DNA from: Allosphingosinicella sp.
GTDB taxonomy: Bacteria; Pseudomonadota; Alphaproteobacteria; Sphingomonadales; Sphingomonadaceae
Assembly: GCA_036262495.1 (NCBI GenBank)
Contig: DATAIU010000077.1
Coordinates: 1,108-65,107, forward strand
Direction: 5' to 3'
Length of the DNA: 64,000 bases
Part shown: positions 49,102-56,500 of the stretch, piece after piece
Layout: each line of letters opens with the position of its first letter
Position numbering within the stretch: the first letter of the stretch is position 1
Notes under the pieces: model-generated
What the model saw: the letters and a program-made list of their open reading frames with translations, nothing else
Told to the model about the DNA's origin: nothing
The model's database searches: none
Program-made: the position numbers and the translations under genes

Positions 49102-50403
49102 ATGAACCAGCACGTCCATATCGAGGACCTGACCGACCGGATTCGCCCGCGCACGGCGTCGAACGTCCTGCTCTGGGTCGTCGCGATCTTCTTCATCGCC
49201 TTCTTCGCCTGGGCGGCGCTCACGGAGCTCGACAGGACGGTGCGCGGCCAGGGGCGGGTCATCGCCAATTCGCAGCTCCAGACCATCTCCAACCTCGAGG
49301 GGGGAGTCGTCGAGGCGATCCTCGTCCGGGTTGGACAGGTGGTGAAGGCCGGGCAGGAGCTCGTCCGGCTCGATCGCACCGCGACGGGGGCCGAACTCGG
49401 CAGCGGCGAGTCGTCGGCCAATTCGCTGATGGTGAAGATCGCTCGACTGCAGGCCGAAGTGGCAGGGCGCGAGCCGGCCTATCCGGCGGTCGGCGATCCC
49501 AATGCGGTCAACCAGATCCGCATCGAGCAGGCCCTGCACGCGGCGCGCATGTCGGAGCTGGCGAGCCTGATCTCGGCGGGACAGGCGCGGATCAACCAGG
49601 CCGGCCGCGCGGTCGCCGAGGCGGAGGCGATGTACCAGGCGAAGGTGACGGCGCGCGAGGCGCGGGTCGACGAGCTGCGCATGATCCGCCGGCTCGTCGA
49701 GAAGGGCGTCGAGCCCCGCCTGTCGCTGATGCAGGCGGAGAGCGCCTGGTCGATCGCGGTGAGCGAGGCGACGGCCGCCGCCGCCGCGGTCTCCCGCGCC
49801 CGTTCCGCCGTCTCTGAGGCTCAGTCGACGCTCTCCCAGCAGCGCCAGGACTGGCGCTCGCTCGCCGCCACCGAGCTGGCCACCGCGCAGGCGGAGCTCG
49901 GAGCCCGGCGGCCGACGCTTCCGGCGCTCGCCGAGAGGGTGGCCCGGACCGAGGTGCGAGCGCCGCTCGCCGGGCGCGTCAACCGGGTGCTGGTGACCAC
50001 GGTCGGCAGCGCCGTCGGGCCGGGCGCCCCCCTGGTCGAGCTGGTCCCGTCGGAGGAGACTTTGCTGATCGAGACCCTGGTCCGCCCCAAGGACATCGCC
50101 TTCGTTCGCATGGGCCAGAAAGCGAAGGTCGGAATCACCGCCTACGACCCGTCGATCTACGGCTCGCTGGAGGGAGTCGTCGTCGCCATCTCGCCCGACG
50201 CGGTCGTGAACGAGAAGACCGGCGAGAGCTTCTACATGGTCCAGGTGCGGACCAGGACGAAGGGGCTCGTCCACAACGGCCGGGCCATGCCGATCTCCAC
50301 CGGAATGATCGCCGACGTGTCGCTGCTCGGCGACAAGCGGACCATCCTCGACTACATCCTGACGCCGATCACCCGCCTCAAGGAAGACGCGCTACGAGAA
50401 TGA
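49102..50403 (+). CDS. HlyD family type I secretion periplasmic adaptor
   Basis: It starts 1 nt after the ABC stop. It has an N-terminal TM helix, the lipoyl-like motif GRVIANSQLQTISNLEGGVV, a long coiled-coil, RTEVRAPLAGRVN and C-terminal G.I..G.RT.LDY.L.P. Confidence 0.9.
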   Translation: MNQHVHIEDLTDRIRPRTASNVLLWVVAIFFIAFFAWAALTELDRTVRGQGRVIANSQLQTISNLEGGVVEAILVRVGQVVKAGQELVRLDRTATGAELGSGESSANSLMVKIARLQAEVAGREPAYPAVGDPNAVNQIRIEQALHAARMSELASLISAGQARINQAGRAVAEAEAMYQAKVTAREARVDELRMIRRLVEKGVEPRLSLMQAESAWSIAVSEATAAAAAVSRARSAVSEAQSTLSQQRQDWRSLAATELATAQAELGARRPTLPALAERVARTEVRAPLAGRVNRVLVTTVGSAVGPGAPLVELVPSEETLLIETLVRPKDIAFVRMGQKAKVGITAYDPSIYGSLEGVVVAISPDAVVNEKTGESFYMVQVRTRTKGLVHNGRAMPISTGMIADVSLLGDKRTILDYILTPITRLKEDALRE

Positions 50404-50448
50404 CTTAGCGTAAGTGCGGACCCTTTCGGCTCCGTTCCGGATATTTTT

Positions 50449-50466
50449 GATTGATCCGGATCAATC
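50449..50466. promoter_or_regulatory. perfect 18-bp palindrome GATTGATCCGGATCAATC in an AT-rich gap upstream of the giant RTX gene (candidate operator)
   Basis: The reverse complement is identical to the forward sequence. It lies in the only markedly AT-rich stretch of this region (50430-50500), about 100 nt upstream of the ATG at 50567. Confidence 0.45.
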
Positions 50467-50566
50467 CGCCTTTTCGCATTCTCCAATCTGTGCCATGGTT
50501 TAGGTGGGAGGGAGTCGCATCTGCGGCTCCGCGCGCACCGGGGCGCGCGCTGAGGGGTTTAGCAAA

Positions 50567-53500
50567 ATGGCATTGACGGTTACGCGTTCGACGACGCTGT
50601 TCAACGATTTGGACGGCGACAGCGCCTTCGATCCGGGCGAGATAGTCCTCACCAAGATCCGCCTCACCAACGGCGGCACCCCCGTCACCAACGTCTCGGT
50701 GACCGACACGCTGAACGGCGTCACCGTCGTCCCCGGTTCGGTGAAGGTCACGCCGATCGCGGTCGACGACAATTTCAACATCACCGGCAACACGCCGATC
50801 ACCCTGACCTTCGCCCAGCTCCTCGGCAACGACGTCGACCCCGACGGCCTCAACTCCGGCCTCACCGTCACCAACGTCACCAGCGCCTCCGCCGGAAGCA
50901 GCTTCACGGTCGACTACAACGCCCAGACGGTCACCTTCACGCCCCAGACCGGCCTCGACATCGGCCAGACCGCGTCGTTCCAATATACGATCACCGACGC
51001 GCAGGGCCTGCAGAGCGTCTCTACCGGAATCGTCACCCTGAACATCACCGACGTCGTCTGGTATGTCGACAACACCGCGAGCGCGGCCGGCGCCGACGGC
51101 TCCTACCTCCACCCCTTCACCAGCCTGACGCCGCTGAATGCGGTCGGTGACGTCGATTCCGCCAACGAGACGATCTTCGTCTACCACAATGGCGGCAACT
51201 ACACGGCCGGGATCGCCCTCGAGGCCGGCCAAAAGCTGATCGGCGACGGCGTCGCGTTCAGCGCCAACAACAAGTCCATCGGCGGCACGCTGAGCAGCCC
51301 CGGCGGCGCCGACGTCGCGACCAACGCGGTCATCTCGCAGACCACCGGCACGATCCTCACCCTCTCCACCGACAACACGGTCAAGGGCCTGACCTTCGAT
51401 TCCAACGGCTCAACCGTGGTCGGGATGGCCGACAACGGCGGAAGCGTGACGACCGCGGCCGGCACCCTGCTCGTCTCCAACGTCAGCTTCACCGGCACCG
51501 GCCAGGCCGTCGACATCGACGCCGGCGGCAATCTCAACGTCACCATCGATTCGCTGACCTCGACCGGCGCCGGAACCAACATGCAGGGCGTCCAGCTCGC
51601 CGGAACGGCGTCGAGCGGCACCGGCCTGATCTCGGGCAGCTTCACGGTGACGGGCGGCAACATCCAGAGCGCCTCGGGCGACGACTTCCTAATCGGTGGC
51701 TCGGGCCCGAGCAGCGGCGGCACCATCGCGGTGACCTATGCCGGAACGCTCGGCACCTCGATCAACGGCTCGGCGCTCCGCATCGCCGACCGCCTGGCCG
51801 GCTCCGGCGACATCAACTTTACCGGCAACATCTTCCAGAATTCGGGCGCGAGCAGCGCGACGGCCGGCCTCTCCTTCTCGAACATCGCCGGCGGCAACAT
51901 CAACCTCACCGGCACCAAGACGATCCTGGTCACCGCCGGCAGCCAGCACGCCATCTCGATCAGCGTGATGAGCGCGGGCACGATCAACCTCACCAACGGC
52001 GCGATCGACATCGACTTCCAGAACGCGGCGAGCGGCAACGCCTTCTCGGTCGGCAGCCTGTCGGGTGGCTCGGTCAACGTCTCGACCGCCGCCGACATCG
52101 ACTTCACCGGCACCGCCAGCGGCCGCGGCATCAGCATGGCGAGCGTCAGCGGCGGCTCGGTCAACTTCACCGGCGGCAACCTCACCATCAACACGCTCGC
52201 CGGCACGGGCATTGCCGACGACGCCGCCGGAACCGGCGGGCAGCTCAACATATCCGGGGCAGGCAACGCCGTCGCCTCGACGACGGGCAAGCTCGTCGAC
52301 CTCAACAATATCGGCACGACCGGCATTGCGCTGAGCAGCGCGTCGAGCACCGGCATCGTGGCGGGCGACGCGATCCTCCTCAACAATGTTGACGCGGTGA
52401 GCGCTGGGAGCGTCTCGATCACCACCGTCAACATCGCCGGCGGCACGAGCGCCGGGGCGGACGGGATCCGGGTCCAGGGCGGCGGCACGGCGAACGTCTC
52501 GCTCGGCACCGTCACGGTGACGAACGCCGGCCAGGACGGCGTCGAGGTGAACGGCGCCGGCAACGGCACCGTCACGATCACCAGCCTGACCACGACCGGA
52601 GCGACCTCTAACGGCCTCAACGTCACCAGCAGCGACAACAGCGTCACCGTCAACGGCGGGACGATCGACGCGGCCGCGGCCGGAAACGCCGTCCTCGTCT
52701 CCGGCGGGACGGGGGCGGTGACGATCGCGGCCGGACTTACCAAGACCACGGCGGGGAACGTGCTCGAGGTCAGCAACCACAGCAGCGGCACGATCGCCGT
52801 CAGCGGCGCCGTCTCGGCCACGGGCGGCCAGGACAATGGCATATTGCTCACGAACAACACGGGCGGTCAGATCAACCTCACCGGCAACGTGACCCTGACG
52901 ACCGGCGCCTTCGCCGGCCTGACTTTCACCAACACCGCGGGGACCGGCGCGACAGTCACGCTCTCGGGCGGCAACCTCAACCTCGACACGACGAGCGGCA
53001 CCGGCGTCAACGCGACGAGCACCACGATCGGCGCGGGCACGCTCAACGTCACCGGCGCGAACAACAGCATCGCCGCGACGAGCGGGCGCGCGATCAACGT
53101 CGACGGCGTCACCCTCAACATGACCCTGCACGACGTCGGCACCACCGGCGGCGGCACGACGACGGGCGTGTACCTCAAGAATACCGGCGCGGGCGGCCAG
53201 TTCGTCGTCACGGGCACGGGCTCGACCGCCGGTTCGGGCGGCACGATCGCGAACGTCGGCGGAACCGACAACAACGTGCAGACCGGCATCGGCATGTATC
53301 TGGAGAACGTCTCGAACGTATCCCTCGCCAACCTGATCTTCGGCGCGACCGGCGCCACGGCGGGCAATTTCGGCATACGCGGCGAGAACGTGACCAACTT
53401 CACGCTCACCGATTCCGAGTTCCGCGGCAATTTCGGCGACAATGCCGGCGCGGACGAAGGCACGATCCGCTTCGGCACGCAGAGCACGTCGACGGGCCTC

Positions 53501-56500
53501 AAGGGCACGGCTTTGTTCCAGGGCAACGTCTTCAACCCGTCGAACGCGAGCAGCGGCGCGGTCGAGGATACGCTCGGCATCTACGTCTACGGCAACAACA
53601 CGCTGAACCTGACGATCAAGGACAGCGCGAACGACCAGTCGATCTTCGGTGTCAACAACGCCGCGTCGGGCGGCGACGGCATCGTCATCGACAATGGCGG
53701 CACTTCGAACGTCACGGCCCTGATCGACGGCGTCACCTTCAACGGCGCGCGCAGCGACCTTCTGCAGGCGACGATGAACGGCACCGGCGCCACGCAGACC
53801 ATCACAATCCAGAACAACACCTTCGCAAACTCGATGGTGACCAGCCTCGGCGGCGGCATCAGCGTCGGCGCCACCGGCAGCAACTACAACCTCAACTACA
53901 CGATCCAGGGCAACACGTTCACGGGCGCCCGGTCAGGCGCGGTCATCCACGGCATGGTGAATGGCGCGGGCACGGTGAAGGGACTGATCCTCAACAACAT
54001 AATCGGCACCGACGACGGCGCCCTTGGCGGCATCGGCGGCACCAACGGGATGATCAACGGCTCGGGCATCTTCGCCGGCATCGACGGCACCAGCGGCACC
54101 GTGAATTACGCGCTTCGCATCGAGGGCAACCAGATCCGCGACATCGCGAGCGGCATCGGCGGCGGTATCTTCCTGCGCTCGAACATAACGCCCGGCACCG
54201 GCGGCCGTCTCGAGGCGACGATCAAGAACAACACCGTCGAGGAGATCAACAACACGGCGGGGCAGAACGGCCAGGGCCTGTTCGGCTCGCTCTATCTGCA
54301 GGTCGGCGGCGCGACGACGACCGACATCGGACTCCTCGGGGTGGAGCTCCAGAACAACAGGTTCGACAATAGCGGATCGACCTACGGCAACGCGATCATC
54401 ATCGACCAGGTGTCGGCGGCGGCGCACGTGATCGTCCCCGGCTTCGGCGGACCTTTCGACGGCATTGCGGCCGAAACGCCGCTGACCAACTACTGGCAGG
54501 GCAAAGGCAACGTCCTAGTAAACGGCACCGCGGCGAACTCGGCGACCAAGGTGGACGCTCTGACCGCGCAGGGCATCCAGAACACCGCCTTCGTCCTCGC
54601 CGTGCCGATCCTCGAGGCGCCGCAGGCGAATAACGGCTGGGAGATAGACGATCCGCTCGCTCCGGCGATCGCCGAGAAGGGCCCCGACGCCAATGTGGTC
54701 GACACGAGCGGCGAGAGCGGCGGCGCCGCCTCGACCGACGGCGGCTCGACGGGCGACGCCGGCGGATCGACCGCGACGGGCGGCGCGACCCCCGGACCGG
54801 CGCCGACCGTCGTCGACGACGGCGTTCTCAGCCAGGCCGAGCTCGACCTCATCGTCGCCGCGGCGATCCAGCGCTGGGCCGATGCGGGCGCGAGCGAGGA
54901 GCAGATCGCGGCGATGCGCGCCGTCGACATCAACGTCGTCGACATGGCCGGGATCTATCTCGGCGATTCGACGCAGGGCGTGATCAACGTCGACAGCGAC
55001 GGCGCCGGCAAGGGCTGGTTCATCGACGCGACGCCGGGCGAGGACAGCGAGTTCTCCGGCGCCGGCAATCCGCTGACCGCGGCCGCCGGCGGCGGCGCCG
55101 AGGGCAGGATCGACCTTCTGACGGTCGTCATGCATGAGCTCGGCCACCAGATCGGCCTCGACGACATCTACCAGAATGCCGAGGCCGACGAGTTGATGTA
55201 CGGCTACGTCAACGCCGGCGAGCGGCGGCTTCCGCAGGCGGACGACCTGGCCGGAGCCGACGGCACCCTCGGCGTCAGCAACGGCTATGCGCTGAGCCCG
55301 GTCATCGTCGGGACGATCCCGGCGAACAAGATCGTCGACGTCTATTTCCAGGCGACGATCGACGGCCAGACCGACAAGTTCATCGTCAATCCCGCCAACA
55401 CGTCGACGGCGAATTACGACCCGTCGCTCACCGCGACGGCCAACGAGACGATGACGCTCGACTCGCTCACGCTCGGCAACCGGGTGTTCAACGACCTCAA
55501 CTTCAACGGCTTGTACGACAGCGGCGAGGGCGTGGTCGGGGTGATGCTCGACATCTACGCCGACACCAACGACAGCGGCGGCTGGGACGCGGGCGACGCC
55601 CTGCTCGGCAACACTACGACGCTCGCGGGCGGCCTCTACAGCTTCGCCGGACTCGCGCCGGGGGACTATATCGTCGTCGTCAGGGCATCCAACTTCAACT
55701 CCGGCCAGCCGCTCTTCGGGCTTCAGTCGGTCGCCGGCGGGACGGATCCCGACGACAATATCGACAATGACGACAACGGCGTCGCCATCGCGGGCGGCGC
55801 CTTCGCGTCGCAGACCATCACGCTCGCCTACAACAGCGAACCGACCACCGACGGCGACGCCGACGCCGACACCAACCTGACGCTCGACTTCGGCTTCAAG
55901 GGCAACCAGGCGCCCGACGCGGTCAACGACAGCGTCACCGTCGCCGAGGATTCGGGCGCGAACGACCTGACGTCGCAGCTTCTTTCGAACGACACCGATC
56001 CGGATGGGGACACGCGGACGATCACGGGCGGCACCAACGGCGCGAACGGGACGGTCAGCGTCAGCGCCGGCGTCCTCACCTACACGCCGAACGCCAATTA
56101 CAACGGCTCGGACAGCTTCACCTACACGATCAGCGACGGCCAGGGTCATACCGACACCGCCACCGCGACCGTCACGGTGACCGCGGTCAACGATGCGGTG
56201 ACGACCAGCGCGCCGCTCACCGCGACGGTCGGCGAGGACGCATCGAACGTCGCAATTACCGGCCTCTCGATCTCCGACGTCGACGCGACGCTGGCGCCGG
56301 CCGGGGTCTACGAGGTCACACTGAGCGCTACCCACGGCCTGCTGACGCTGACGACGATCACCGGCCTCACCTTCACCGGCGGCGACGGCACGTCCGACGC
56401 GACGATGACCTTCCACGGCACGCTCGCCGCCATCAACACCGCGCTTGCCACCGCGAAATACACGCCCGATGCCAATTACAACGGCGCCGCGGCGATCCAG

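Noticed and set aside
47265-49421. 718-aa minus-strand ORF
   Set aside because: It is antisense to the T1SS ABC and HlyD genes and has no motifs. The + strand genes have complete ABC and MFP signatures.
43346-50403. Complete lasso peptide biosynthetic gene cluster
   Set aside because: Only the B2-type protease and an exporter are present. No asparagine-synthetase-like cyclase, PqqD-like RRE, isopeptidase or convincing precursor was found anywhere in the window, so it cannot be called a lasso BGC.
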